Virus record (IMG/VR): IMGVR_UViG_3300015242_000001
Length of the DNA stretch: 64,000 bases
Origin: a virus
Direction: 5' to 3' (one strand)
The notes beneath the pieces were generated by a model. The model worked only from the letters and a program-made list of their open reading frames with translations. It was not told where the DNA came from and did not search any database. Position numbers and translations under genes: made by a program. Shown here piece after piece: positions 18,701-28,604 of the stretch. How positions within the stretch are numbered: the first letter of the stretch is position 1; every line of letters starts with the position of its first letter.

Positions 18701-20126
18701 TGTCGCAGAAACTTCAGTTACAACAGACAAAACAATTGCTTGGAAAGATTACAGAATAGCAGCTGTTTTAGTAAATAAATTGAGTGCAGGGACAGTTAAA
18801 ACTGATCTCTTGAGTAGGTTAGCAGTAGTAAAATCAAGCATACAAGCTGATTGGAAAGTTGTTGAACTTAGTTTTGGTAGCACTGCAATAGCGGGTGTTA
18901 ACATATTAGCAAGTGTAAATGACAATCAGACAGTAAGTGATATGTTTGATATTAGCGCCAATGCAACTACTATAGATTTCACGTTGAATGCTACAGTGTG
19001 GGATGGTCAGGTAAATATTGGAACTGGTAATGAATATTTAGGTATGCCTACTGCCTTCTGGGCAAACGGATGGAGAATATACAGTACTTCAGCAAATACT
19101 TGTACCATTGCAGGTTTGAGTAGTACTTCAAGCAAAGTAGTGAGATTCATTTATGGTGATATGACCCAAGTGAATACTACCCATTACGGAGCCAGAGTTA
19201 CTATTAGTGCGACAACTAAGGATTTAGATAATGAAATTCAAAATACTAATAATTACGTAGATTTTACAATAGCTCCAGGCAGTACTACAATATCTGCAAC
19301 ACTTCAACCGATAGTTGCTGGTCAACAGGGTGATCTCGCAGGTATTATAATCTTTGAAAGCGTGGCCCCTGGTACTACGACGACTACCACTACCACCTCA
19401 TCTACAACCACTACTAGTACTACGGCTGGTCCAACCACGACAACTACATCAACCAGTAGTACGTCTACTACCAGTACTTCAAGTACTTCGTCCACTTCCA
19501 CAAGTTCTACTACGACGACTACCACAACGGCAAGTGCTTCTATAGCTCAGTTTAACTTCAACCTTACAGCACAGAGTGTTCCAGGTTGGGTAGATATCAC
19601 TGGTAATCCTAGTGATGCTATTAGAACTGGTACGCATGTTGGATCTGGTGTAACGGTTAGTTCTGTAGCAACAAACAGATGGGGTACGATCGGCGGTACA
19701 ACTGCAAATAATGCGAATGGTCCAGTTGGGAGTAATGCAGAATTCCCAGCAACAGTGCTTGTGAGTTTCTTCTTCAGTGGGTTCCTTGTTTCTGCAACTA
19801 CTGCAAATAATTTGGAAATTAGTGGTTTAACTCCTGGCTCTCTTTATGATATTCATTTGATCGGAGGTAGATCATCTACAGCAGGTGCAGGTATACCAGT
19901 AGGTCAAAATAGGTTAATGGAATGGGTATGTACTGACAATGTTGGTACAGTGAAAGTAGAAGACTACGCTTGTAGAGACAATACAACAAATATACAAGTA
20001 TTTAGTAATAAAGTGGCTAATGGTACGGGAAGGATAACCATTGGAGTATTCCAAGATCCTCAAGGAGATGGAACGAATGGTGATCAGGTTGGGTATATTA
20101 ATGGTATGAGGGTTATTCCTGTATAA
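15762..20126 (+). CDS. Multidomain fibre/depolymerase: docking module, Ig-like domain, parallel beta-helix, alpha/beta-hydrolase esterase and putative carbohydrate-binding domains, joined by four Thr/Ser linkers
   Basis: Beta-helix repeats (NNVEVYNIYAEGSGADGIQ); PFVIFLHGQGE and FYLTGLSLGG (GxSxG, Ser at 18279), with plausible Asp (AGVADTT) and His (GVTHS); T/S tracts at 15915, 16308, 17772 and 19374. Confidence 0.7.
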   Translation: MLIPTNGCLIIMPGQCVRYTGPDTPFLHIHNGMNLNEIIGIIDAAIAAGGITTTTTSTSTTSTTSSTTTTTTTINTIPVTVSYLDASNVTSYQVQLIQGSNVIGNYLVNTPTGSDFTNLNIPPGIYDVRAIVNLSSNQRVLQFQSNSITPVIDTTFTSSINRLFSGRLITNPSQLVLSDLGNTTTTSTTTTTSTTQPPTTTTTTSSSTTTTTTTAPPTTTTTSTSTSTTSTSSTTTTSSTNSQGGNVYTIVGTNNTLSINGAQYACGDTIILSGSFKAVEFVNLNGCNGNYITVTNPVGQTTFIGDTAWSSGSWSTAFAFRNCHYVRLVGTTKNNFIVNGSLTATRTAYFNLAIVALSDNFEVSNITIQDGGTGLYAKTEPVPGDANTYDPVGGPYTYLNNFKFHDVNIINTYNEATYIGHTGPYWDLTSNTQFNGTQSQFVPGHSYAEPKRLNNVEVYNIYAEGSGADGIQTAAAENMVIHHCEVNTWAIRQDPNHCGGILIGGKCRNVEAYCNYVHDGWGELLQISSADGTGGAFMKIHNNLFKNNFITNGGNDGCTFKGTNGLIVQFYDNTVVQTGGNNLRFYTGNGHLINRNVLIQPRMAGGTISSRAYIYDEPGVTWIEGTGANSNGKYPDIATANVDPLNWYQPNSGSPAIGKGYVRGVCDGTGTTTTSTSSTTTTTTTSGGPTTTTTSTSTSSTSTTSTSSTSSTTTTSTTNPPGTASFTKVNGWWTGAPSAQYGWLYLPADYSPVGPAFPFVIFLHGQGETGTGSGAGGADDLLVAGPPKFLNAGDRPTGVVIFCPQTSINTWEPNWVESARQFVLSHYNVDVNKFYLTGLSLGGSGTAKYTGQNPDKVAAFLCATADTQYLRNGAEDDVINGIRVADVPGWVLAGVADTTISFNNCYGYMTAGNSLATKPTYPPLVNTFWGVTHSASLWDTQVYNRKNRTDATGTAAFDYIAWFKRFKSNDLEFGATSHVVVAETSVTTDKTIAWKDYRIAAVLVNKLSAGTVKTDLLSRLAVVKSSIQADWKVVELSFGSTAIAGVNILASVNDNQTVSDMFDISANATTIDFTLNATVWDGQVNIGTGNEYLGMPTAFWANGWRIYSTSANTCTIAGLSSTSSKVVRFIYGDMTQVNTTHYGARVTISATTKDLDNEIQNTNNYVDFTIAPGSTTISATLQPIVAGQQGDLAGIIIFESVAPGTTTTTTTTSSTTTTSTTAGPTTTTTSTSSTSTTSTSSTSSTSTSSTTTTTTTASASIAQFNFNLTAQSVPGWVDITGNPSDAIRTGTHVGSGVTVSSVATNRWGTIGGTTANNANGPVGSNAEFPATVLVSFFFSGFLVSATTANNLEISGLTPGSLYDIHLIGGRSSTAGAGIPVGQNRLMEWVCTDNVGTVKVEDYACRDNTTNIQVFSNKVANGTGRITIGVFQDPQGDGTNGDQVGYINGMRVIPV

Positions 20127-20143
20127 AAAATAAGTTAATTTAA

Positions 20144-23100
20144 ATGCAAAAATGTAGCTCACATACTGGCTGTACTTTTACCGTACCAAGTAATTGTGTA
20201 ATATATACTGGTTCATATTTACCGAACTATGGAATATTAACTAGTACTACTTTAACCGATATTCTAAAAATAATTGATCTTGCTAAGGTTGATATATCGA
20301 GTGATGTATTAACAAATAACACAAATTCAATTCAATTTTTCGGTACAGGAAGTACCACTTCACCTTTATATGCAAATGTTTTAATTTCCACAGCTTCCAA
20401 TAACAACTTATCAATAGTTGCTGGGAATGGATTATTTGTACCCAAAGAGAATCTTCAACAAGTTACAACTACTGGGAATGTAACTAATAATGCCATTTTA
20501 GTAAATGGTCAAAACAATTTTTATAATTCAGAATCAGGTTTACAATTTTATTATAATTCGTTAGGTTACGGAGTTATTGAATCCAAGGATGATAATAACT
20601 TAAATAGACTTGATATACGTTCTAGTATAACAAATTTCTACAGTTCAATTGTAGGGGTTACTGAAGTACAATCTGAAAATTCAGGGAAGTTAGCCTCTAC
20701 CGCTTGGGTGAAGTTACAGAATTATATTTCAACTGAATCTGATCCTGTAGCATTATCCAGAACTGTATCTCTATCAGCAGGTACAGGGGTATCTATATTA
20801 GGGGCTACTCAAACAATTGGTAGTAACCCGTCATTTACCATATCTGCTACTAATGATGCTGCAATATGGAATGCCGGTAAAATACAAAGTATTACTGTAT
20901 CTAATACTACCCCTACAAATGGACAAGTACTAGTATTTAATGGAACGCAATGGACACCTGGAGCAGGTAGCGGTGGAGTAAGCTCCGTAGGTATTACTTC
21001 TTCAGATATTACGGTATCTGGATCTCCTATTACAGGTAGCGGCACAATAACGCTTTCTTTACCAAATGTCGTAACTGCTGGTAATTATAATAATGTAACT
21101 GTTAATTCAAAAGGATTAGTAACTGCTGGGACACTTCAAAGTTATATAACTACTGAAACTGATCCAACTGTCCCCACAATTGTTAAAAATATCACTCAAA
21201 CTGATATCGACAATTGGAATAATGCTTTTGATAAATATACTTCTGCATTAAGTGTAACAGGAACCACTACAAAAACCATTACGATTACTTTAAATGACAC
21301 CTCTACAGTACAAGGTGCGTTTACCGATGATAATAACTACCCTACCTCTATTAGCTTTAATAGCTCCACTGGAGACTTTACCCTTAATAGAAATGGACTT
21401 TCCGCACTAACAGCAAATTTAACTGATAATAGATATGCGCTTAAAACCACCACTATTCTACCATCTGGTAATGGAATATTGGGAGGGGGCGATTTATCTG
21501 CTAGTAGGACATTTTCTCTGGATTTTACCTACTTAGATAACAGGTATCTTGGGGGGTATAAACAACGTGCAGCAGTACGGGTAGCTACAACTGCTAATAT
21601 TACTTTATCAGGATCACAAACTATTGATGGAGTAACTTTAACGAATGGGGATAGGGTTCTGGTAAAAGATCAGACTGCTGGTGCAGAGAATGGTATTTAC
21701 ATATACAATAGTGGTGGAGCTTGGACTAGAGCTACAGATTTTGATCAAGCGACTGCTGATGAAGTATCTCAAGGTTCTCAAATATTTGTACAAGAGGGGA
21801 CACTGAATGCTAAAACTGGATGGTCCTTATCTTCTCCTGAACCATATACTATTGGGACCACTGCGTTATTGTTTATTCAGTATGCAGGTGCAAATTCATA
21901 CACAGCTGGTACAGGGTTAACTTTAACTGGTAGTCAGTTTTCAGCTCAGACTACTACGGCTCTATGGAATGCAGCTCAAATAAGAGGGGTAACTGTATCC
22001 TCTACTGCTCCTACATCAAATCAGATATTATTGTATGATGGAAGCAACTGGATTCCTTTCACGACTTCGATAGGGGTAACAATGCCTTCTATCTTCTCTG
22101 TCTCCAGTTCTCCAATTACCAATCTTTCAGGGACTATAGGGGTAAGTTTAACTACTCAAAACGCAAATCTTATTTTTGCTGGCCCATCTTCTGGATCAGC
22201 AGCCACTCCAACTTTCAGGGCATTAACTACTACAGATATCCCTTCTCTGGATACCTCTAAGATTACAACCGGCACACTCCCTATTGCAAGAGGAGGTACG
22301 GGTTTATCTGCTTTAGGTACAGCATTACAGTTAATTAGAGTAAATTCTGGTGCAACAGCACTTGAGTATTTCACTCCTACCTATCTTACGTCTAATCAAA
22401 CAATCACTTTATCAGGTGATGTTACAGGAAGTGGAACCACAGCAATTACCACTACTATTGCAAATAATGCAGTAACGTATGCAAAGATTCAAGATGTAAC
22501 TGCCAGTAGGTTATTGGGAAGGTATGCTGCTACAAATGGAGATGCTCAGGAAATTACTTTAGGTAGTGGTTTGTCTTTAGACAGTTCAACTGGGATATTG
22601 ACTGCAACTGCTTCTGGTACAGGTACTGTAACCTCCGTAGGTTTAGCACTTCCAAGTATTTTTACAGTAAGTGGTAGTCCTGTTACAACTTCCGGTACAT
22701 TAACAGGCACACTAGCAAGTCAGAGTGCAAACTTATTTTTTGCATCACCTAACGGATCATCGGGTACACCAACGTTCAGGGGAATCTTAAACAATGACTT
22801 ACCAGATTCTGGTGTTACAGGAGGCTCTTATAACACACTAACAGTAAATAGTAAAGGGGTAGTTACTTCTGCGAGTAATACTACTTATGTATTACCTACA
22901 CGTACAATCTCAATAATAGCTAGTACAGGAATATCAGTAAGTCCTACAGGTACACAAGACCTTTCTGCTAACAGATCTTGGACAATTACTAACACTGGTG
23001 TAACAACAGTGAATGGTAATGCTGGAGATATAACCATTCCTATAGATGGTGGATTGAAAACCGGATCATTTACTTTCTCTGGTACTGGGACTACTTTAAC

Positions 23101-23293
23101 TTTTGATATTATTCATACATTAACAGGCACACCTTCATATATAAATGTACAAGCAGCATCTCCGGATGCTAGGGGTATTTCCTACATCCAAGCATTGAAT
23201 AATGGAACCAACGATGTAATAAGAGTCTATTATGATATTGGACCTACTACAGGATCAAGCAATGGTATATTAAAATGGGCAGCTAGATTATAA
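20144..23293 (+). CDS. Long tail/head fibre protein
   Basis: Thr/Gly/Ser-rich fibre repeats (VSGSPVTTSGTL; ALWNAAQI/AIWNAGKI pair); VRVATTANITLSGSQTIDG...GDRVLVKDQ motif; N-terminal CVIYTG module. Confidence 0.7.
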   Translation: MQKCSSHTGCTFTVPSNCVIYTGSYLPNYGILTSTTLTDILKIIDLAKVDISSDVLTNNTNSIQFFGTGSTTSPLYANVLISTASNNNLSIVAGNGLFVPKENLQQVTTTGNVTNNAILVNGQNNFYNSESGLQFYYNSLGYGVIESKDDNNLNRLDIRSSITNFYSSIVGVTEVQSENSGKLASTAWVKLQNYISTESDPVALSRTVSLSAGTGVSILGATQTIGSNPSFTISATNDAAIWNAGKIQSITVSNTTPTNGQVLVFNGTQWTPGAGSGGVSSVGITSSDITVSGSPITGSGTITLSLPNVVTAGNYNNVTVNSKGLVTAGTLQSYITTETDPTVPTIVKNITQTDIDNWNNAFDKYTSALSVTGTTTKTITITLNDTSTVQGAFTDDNNYPTSISFNSSTGDFTLNRNGLSALTANLTDNRYALKTTTILPSGNGILGGGDLSASRTFSLDFTYLDNRYLGGYKQRAAVRVATTANITLSGSQTIDGVTLTNGDRVLVKDQTAGAENGIYIYNSGGAWTRATDFDQATADEVSQGSQIFVQEGTLNAKTGWSLSSPEPYTIGTTALLFIQYAGANSYTAGTGLTLTGSQFSAQTTTALWNAAQIRGVTVSSTAPTSNQILLYDGSNWIPFTTSIGVTMPSIFSVSSSPITNLSGTIGVSLTTQNANLIFAGPSSGSAATPTFRALTTTDIPSLDTSKITTGTLPIARGGTGLSALGTALQLIRVNSGATALEYFTPTYLTSNQTITLSGDVTGSGTTAITTTIANNAVTYAKIQDVTASRLLGRYAATNGDAQEITLGSGLSLDSSTGILTATASGTGTVTSVGLALPSIFTVSGSPVTTSGTLTGTLASQSANLFFASPNGSSGTPTFRGILNNDLPDSGVTGGSYNTLTVNSKGVVTSASNTTYVLPTRTISIIASTGISVSPTGTQDLSANRSWTITNTGVTTVNGNAGDITIPIDGGLKTGSFTFSGTGTTLTFDIIHTLTGTPSYINVQAASPDARGISYIQALNNGTNDVIRVYYDIGPTTGSSNGILKWAARL

Positions 23294-23299
23294 GAAACT

Positions 23300-25558
23300 A
23301 TGGCATATAACGGTTCAATAAGAACATTCGACACTATAGCAGAAATAAAGTTGCAGAAGGGTTCCCCCAGTGCAAATATAAATGTATTAGGTTATAACAC
23401 ACCAGGAGATGGCGGTGGAGGTGAGTTTTATTGGGATGATGTTTCAACTCAGTCAGACAATGCCGGTACAATTATCCAGGTAACTGGTCTTTCAACTGGT
23501 AGATGGAAAAGGATATATCACGGTGCTGCACTCAATGTAAGGTGGTTTGGAGCAGTATCGAATGGTACAAATGGAGAAATGGATACAACAGGGTTTGAAA
23601 AAGCAATTGCAGTGCAAAGGAGTGTTTTTGTACCCAATGGAGTTTATCAGATTATACGTACTCTAAACCTATTTAGTGGATACAATGTAACAGGCGAATC
23701 TTGGAATACACTCATAAGAACGGCTTTAGATATCCCCATATTTAAAAACACCCCAATATCTTTTCAGTTCTTACAGAGTGTTAAAATAGAAAATTTAAGG
23801 TTACAAAATACTTTTCCCGTAACTGCTACTGCCGGATGTACAAGCTATCATATTCATTTTGTTGATCCGACTTATTGTTCTGTCAATAAAGTATGGTTCA
23901 CAACTGCTTTCCCAAATACTATTTACAACACTGTCAATAGAGGAGGTATACGATTTGAAAAGACCGGGACTGTAACATCTTTTGTAAATACAGTTGAAAA
24001 TTGTATTATAGAAGGTGGTTCTGTAAGAATGGAAACAAGTGATTCAAAAATTAGTTCTTCTTATATATGGGGGTATGCAATAGGGACACCGACTGTAGAT
24101 ATACAAACTGGAAATGTTTCAGTTACAAATTGTGATATAGTTCCCAATAGTACTCATGATGGTGTATTGCTAGGTAGTAATACGGCAAACTGTAGAATAG
24201 TTGATTGTTTTTTTGATGGTAGTTATGATACTATTACAACTGGATATGGAGTAGTTGTAAATGGTAGTACCAATCATACAATAACAGGAAATACATTTTG
24301 GAATATTGCAAAAGGTGCTATTCATATAACTGACGGAACTCTGATTTCTATATCTGCAAATACTTTCCTTAACAATAATAGAGCTAATAACTTCTTCTCT
24401 GATATTACAGTACAAGGTAATTCGTTTTCTCCCGGTCAAATTACAGCCACTGGGAACTCCTTTTACATGCAATTTGCTAGAAGTAATAAAGGGTATGCAA
24501 TAGAAGAGAAGAGTACAGCAGGATTCCCTCCAGGTGGAAATAATTATTCAAATAATAGAATATTTGGTAATTACACTTCACCCTCTATACTAAATATGGT
24601 TGGTACAAGTTCTACTTGGGGAAGTTCAGGAGCAGGGGTTGCTTCTACAATGGGGATAGGAGGAGAAAGATTTGATTTAAAGGGAAGAGTTAATATAAAT
24701 GGAGCGACTGATATTTCCACTACAGCATTAAATGTTAATGGAACAAGTAGAGTTGGAGCCGGAAACGGCGTAACAGCTATTCAGTTTAGAGCAGGAGAAC
24801 CAGCATATGGTTATTGGGAATTTGTAAATGCAGGTACTACTACAAATAGAGTATTACTTAGATCGTTCGATAATACTGTTACAGAGAAAATAAGAATAGA
24901 TCCTCTAAGTGATAGTTTTATTATTAATAAATTTGGTATTGGTACTAATTCTCCAGCAACCTTACTCGATGTAAATGGTACAGCTACGATTAGAGGGAAT
25001 GCTACTTTCGCAGCAAACGGCACTCCAGGAATATCAAAAGTTCCCACAGGTACAGATACCGCAGGTAATTGGACATGGCAAACGAGTAGTCCAACATCAT
25101 TTATTACTGGAGTATTGAGTGCGGGAACAAATTGGGGATTTTTAACATCTTGGGATAATAACTCAAGTACGTGTGTTAGCCCAGATCCTATTAATCGAGT
25201 GTATGCAGTTACTTCTAATAACAGTTCAATTGTTACAATTGAGGCCTCATTGATAATAAATAATACAAGTAACTTCGCAGATAACAGCAGACAAGCAATT
25301 GCAACTGTTCCTGTAGGATTTCGTCCACAAAATTATATTAATTTCAGTGCTTGTCAATTAGTCGTTGGGAATGATTATTGTTTAAGTGGTTCTTCATTAA
25401 CAGGCACACAGACAATATCATTTTTGAGCGTCACGATAACCCCAGCCGGAACAATTTTGGTATATAAAGGCACAACCACTTCAAACATAAGCGTTAGTAG
25501 TGTAAATAGAGTAGTAATTCCTGTACACATTACATATACTATTTCTCCAGTTAGTTAA
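23300..25558 (+). CDS. Tailspike-like protein with pectate-lyase-like beta-helix
   Basis: N-terminal GDGGGGEFYW domain, then NVRWFGA...D..GF..AI, then Asn-rich beta-helix repeats. Confidence 0.75.
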   Translation: MAYNGSIRTFDTIAEIKLQKGSPSANINVLGYNTPGDGGGGEFYWDDVSTQSDNAGTIIQVTGLSTGRWKRIYHGAALNVRWFGAVSNGTNGEMDTTGFEKAIAVQRSVFVPNGVYQIIRTLNLFSGYNVTGESWNTLIRTALDIPIFKNTPISFQFLQSVKIENLRLQNTFPVTATAGCTSYHIHFVDPTYCSVNKVWFTTAFPNTIYNTVNRGGIRFEKTGTVTSFVNTVENCIIEGGSVRMETSDSKISSSYIWGYAIGTPTVDIQTGNVSVTNCDIVPNSTHDGVLLGSNTANCRIVDCFFDGSYDTITTGYGVVVNGSTNHTITGNTFWNIAKGAIHITDGTLISISANTFLNNNRANNFFSDITVQGNSFSPGQITATGNSFYMQFARSNKGYAIEEKSTAGFPPGGNNYSNNRIFGNYTSPSILNMVGTSSTWGSSGAGVASTMGIGGERFDLKGRVNINGATDISTTALNVNGTSRVGAGNGVTAIQFRAGEPAYGYWEFVNAGTTTNRVLLRSFDNTVTEKIRIDPLSDSFIINKFGIGTNSPATLLDVNGTATIRGNATFAANGTPGISKVPTGTDTAGNWTWQTSSPTSFITGVLSAGTNWGFLTSWDNNSSTCVSPDPINRVYAVTSNNSSIVTIEASLIINNTSNFADNSRQAIATVPVGFRPQNYINFSACQLVVGNDYCLSGSSLTGTQTISFLSVTITPAGTILVYKGTTTSNISVSSVNRVVIPVHITYTISPVS
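25043..25085 (+). repeat. 43-bp perfect direct repeat, copy 1
   Basis: CCCACAGGTACAGATACCGCAGGTAATTGGACATGGCAAACGA, identical to 56193-56235. Confidence 0.9.
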
Positions 25559-25577
25559 AACCAATAATATTATTTAA

Positions 25578-28463
25578 ATGTCTTTTAACGGAAGTACATA
25601 TACATTCGACACTATCTCTGACCTTAAAGTACAGATTGGCAATTCAAATGCCAGAGTAAACGTATTGGGTTACGCTACTCCTGGGGACGGCGGCGGGGGT
25701 CAATTCTATTGGGATACTACATCAACATCTGCTGATAATGCAGGAACAATTTTTCAAGTTACAGGAGTAACTACGGGTAGGTGGAAAAGGAGTGTTAGTG
25801 GTACAAGTCTTAACGTGCTATGGTTTGGTGCAGTTGGAGATGACCTAACGGTGCATTCTTCATCTGGAAATAATGGAATAATAAGAACAATAACAGCAGC
25901 CCAGTCATTACAAGCATCTGGAAATACTGTTTCAATATATTTTCCTAATTCAAAGGGGTTTGTTATTGGGGAAACTTTAACCATCCCTGCAAATATTGGT
26001 GTTATATGTGATAGTATAATACGTTATACAGGTGTAAATACTACCCCTGCAATAATTTGTGGAGAAACCAATACAATTTCAAACAGAACAGATTACAAAC
26101 TAAGTGTAATAAATTCTACATTAGCAGATTGGAATATTGAGACATATATTGGAATAAAATTTATAAACTTACAATTTTGCACTATAGAAATTGTAAGGGT
26201 GGAAAGTTTTACTATATTAACTCAATTTATTGGTGATACAAAAGGTTTTTCATATAATCAAATTAAAGTAAACTTTCTCATCAATGGAAAAATAGGGGCT
26301 GATTTAACGAATAAAGCAAATGGTTGGTGTAATGAAAATATATTCTACGGAGGGAGATTTGCAGGTATTACGGGTAGTAAAAATGGATTGACCCGGTATG
26401 GAATAAGGATAACCTCACAAGACGGAATATATACCGGAAATAATAACAACAACTTTTATAGTCCCGCGTTTGAATTAGATGCTCCTCATGCATCACCAGG
26501 AGAAGCTATTCCAGTTTTGGTAGAACATGGTGTCGGCAATCGAATCATGAATTGTAGAAGTGAGGATAATAGCCCTATTCAAATAAGGACACAGAATGGA
26601 AGTTGGGGGAATATTGTTGAAGTTGGTGTAGGGACTAATAATGCAGTGGCAGATGATCAAGGGACAGTACCTTCTAGTATAGCCAAGGCAAGATTGTCTC
26701 AAATCACTTCGGATGTATATCAGCCAGTTTATCAAAGTGGCGCTTTAACTAGTAAAGTATGTCCATATAATAGTACGGAAGCCTATATAGGGGATGATTT
26801 ATTTTTTGCAATAACTACGGATGGAAATGTGTATTCTCATACAACAAGCATTACTTTAAATAGTGGAGATATACAATGTCCAAATTCCAGAGCTATTGGG
26901 GTACGAATAGATACTTCTTTAAGAAAACGTTTTGTAGTAAAGACAGAATCGGTATCTGGGTTTTCCGGAAGAGTAAGAATAAGATGTTTTGATTCAACTG
27001 GAGCAATATTGTCTGGAAGTTCACCAGCTTATGTTACCTATCTCCCTTCTTTTACGTTATCTCCAAGTACAGGTTTTGGCGGTTCATATGTAATTGGCTC
27101 AGATACCCCCATACCCATCTATTTTACTGTAACTTCAAGTGTCGCTTATGTAGATGTTCTTATATGCGGAGGAGGTACGAATCCAGTTAAATTGAAGTCT
27201 TTTGAAGTTCAATGTATTGATGGGCACGGGTCTGTAATAAAGGTGAAGGACAAAAAAGGGTTGTTTGCTACCCAGGCTCCTACAACAGGTACGTGGTCCC
27301 AAGGTACAGTAATACTTAGCGATACACCTTCTACAGGTGCTCTATTCGCATGGAGGTGCACTACTGCCGGTTCACCAGGAACATGGGAAACATTAAATTA
27401 TGCTCCTTCAGTAGGATCTGTAAATTATTTACAAAATCAAGCACTATCTCCCCAATCAGCCAGTTACAACATTAGCGGTACAGCCATAATAGGAGGAAAT
27501 GTAGGTATTGGAACAACGAACCCCACTCAAAAATTAGAAGTGAGTGGAAATATATTAACTAACGGTGGTACTTATTTGGTTGTCAATAACGTCGAAACAT
27601 TTAGAGCAATAAATGACAGCGGCTATTTCTCTTTTTACAACACTGCAAATATTACGAGAACGGGGTATATTCAATTTAATAATAATTCATCTGGAGCCAT
27701 AATTAATATGGAACAGAATTATCCCATTGATATCAGAACAAATGCATTAAGTAGGTTATTTATTGCAAATACTGGTTCAGTAGGTATTGGTACATCCACC
27801 CCAAACACTAAATTAGAAGTATCGGGTACTATCAGGACGGTAGATCTAGAATGTACAGATGGCGCCGCCCCAGATACTATATCATATGGACCATTAGGGG
27901 TAACAAGAATTGCAAACGCTAACGATAATTCTTATATTGCATTAACAAGATCAGGGCAAGTTGCTCATTCAATAGGGATAGATGCTAATAACGCTTTAAT
28001 ACTTGGGCCTTCTGCTGGAGGTGCTAATAGAACCATGTCAAAAGCTGTTTCAATACTTCCGAACTTAAATGTAGGTATAGGAGTAGCGATACCCAGCTCA
28101 AAACTAGAAGTAGCCGGGCAAATAAAAATAACTGGGGGATCGCCAGGGGTCAATAAAGTGTTAGTAAGTGATGCTGATGGCTTAGCATCTTGGGGGAATG
28201 TTACTCCTGCACCAGCAACTATTCAAGGCAATGGAAATCTTTCAGCAATACCAGCAGATTGGGTTACAGTAATATTAAACCACACCAGCAACCTTGGTTT
28301 TACAAGTCTTGCAAACTATCCAGGAGGATACACAGGTAGGGTTGTAACTATTATAAATCCCACTAATTTTACATTTCAAATAAGTAGTGTGGTATACCCA
28401 GCCCAGTCCTTGGTGTTTATAACATGGACTTCTCCAAGTACGCCAGCATTTACAAAAGTGTAG
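25578..28463 (+). CDS. Second tailspike-like protein (paralogous N-terminus, different receptor domain)
   Basis: GDGGGGQFYW domain, NVLWFGAVGD, and three VGIG(T/V)xxPxxKLEVxG fibre repeats. Confidence 0.75.
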   Translation: MSFNGSTYTFDTISDLKVQIGNSNARVNVLGYATPGDGGGGQFYWDTTSTSADNAGTIFQVTGVTTGRWKRSVSGTSLNVLWFGAVGDDLTVHSSSGNNGIIRTITAAQSLQASGNTVSIYFPNSKGFVIGETLTIPANIGVICDSIIRYTGVNTTPAIICGETNTISNRTDYKLSVINSTLADWNIETYIGIKFINLQFCTIEIVRVESFTILTQFIGDTKGFSYNQIKVNFLINGKIGADLTNKANGWCNENIFYGGRFAGITGSKNGLTRYGIRITSQDGIYTGNNNNNFYSPAFELDAPHASPGEAIPVLVEHGVGNRIMNCRSEDNSPIQIRTQNGSWGNIVEVGVGTNNAVADDQGTVPSSIAKARLSQITSDVYQPVYQSGALTSKVCPYNSTEAYIGDDLFFAITTDGNVYSHTTSITLNSGDIQCPNSRAIGVRIDTSLRKRFVVKTESVSGFSGRVRIRCFDSTGAILSGSSPAYVTYLPSFTLSPSTGFGGSYVIGSDTPIPIYFTVTSSVAYVDVLICGGGTNPVKLKSFEVQCIDGHGSVIKVKDKKGLFATQAPTTGTWSQGTVILSDTPSTGALFAWRCTTAGSPGTWETLNYAPSVGSVNYLQNQALSPQSASYNISGTAIIGGNVGIGTTNPTQKLEVSGNILTNGGTYLVVNNVETFRAINDSGYFSFYNTANITRTGYIQFNNNSSGAIINMEQNYPIDIRTNALSRLFIANTGSVGIGTSTPNTKLEVSGTIRTVDLECTDGAAPDTISYGPLGVTRIANANDNSYIALTRSGQVAHSIGIDANNALILGPSAGGANRTMSKAVSILPNLNVGIGVAIPSSKLEVAGQIKITGGSPGVNKVLVSDADGLASWGNVTPAPATIQGNGNLSAIPADWVTVILNHTSNLGFTSLANYPGGYTGRVVTIINPTNFTFQISSVVYPAQSLVFITWTSPSTPAFTKV

Positions 28464-28535
28464 AATATTTACATCACGTAATTAGTTAATTTTAATCATT
28501 TTAATGAACAATTCTAATTAATTTAATTAGTTTCG

Positions 28536-28567
28536 TTTGGAATTTATTAGTTTTATATGTATCTTTA
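28536..28567 (+). promoter_or_regulatory. Bacteroidota-type promoter (near-consensus)
   Basis: TTTG (28536-39)-N20-TATCTTTA (28560-67). Confidence 0.55.
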
Positions 28568-28604
28568 CTCCCCAGATAGCATACTGTAATAGAAATATCT
28601 ATGA

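Noticed and set aside
15915-19529. T/S tracts as CRISPR-like arrays or phase-variable microsatellites
   Set aside because: No fixed repeat-spacer structure; synonymous Thr/Ser codons are mixed, so there is no pure slippage unit
19322-19545. Val-rich minus-strand ORF and Leu/Gln/Pro-rich alternate-frame ORFs over the Thr tracts (also 16294, 17758)
   Set aside because: Shadows of poly-ACN codons read antisense or out of frame
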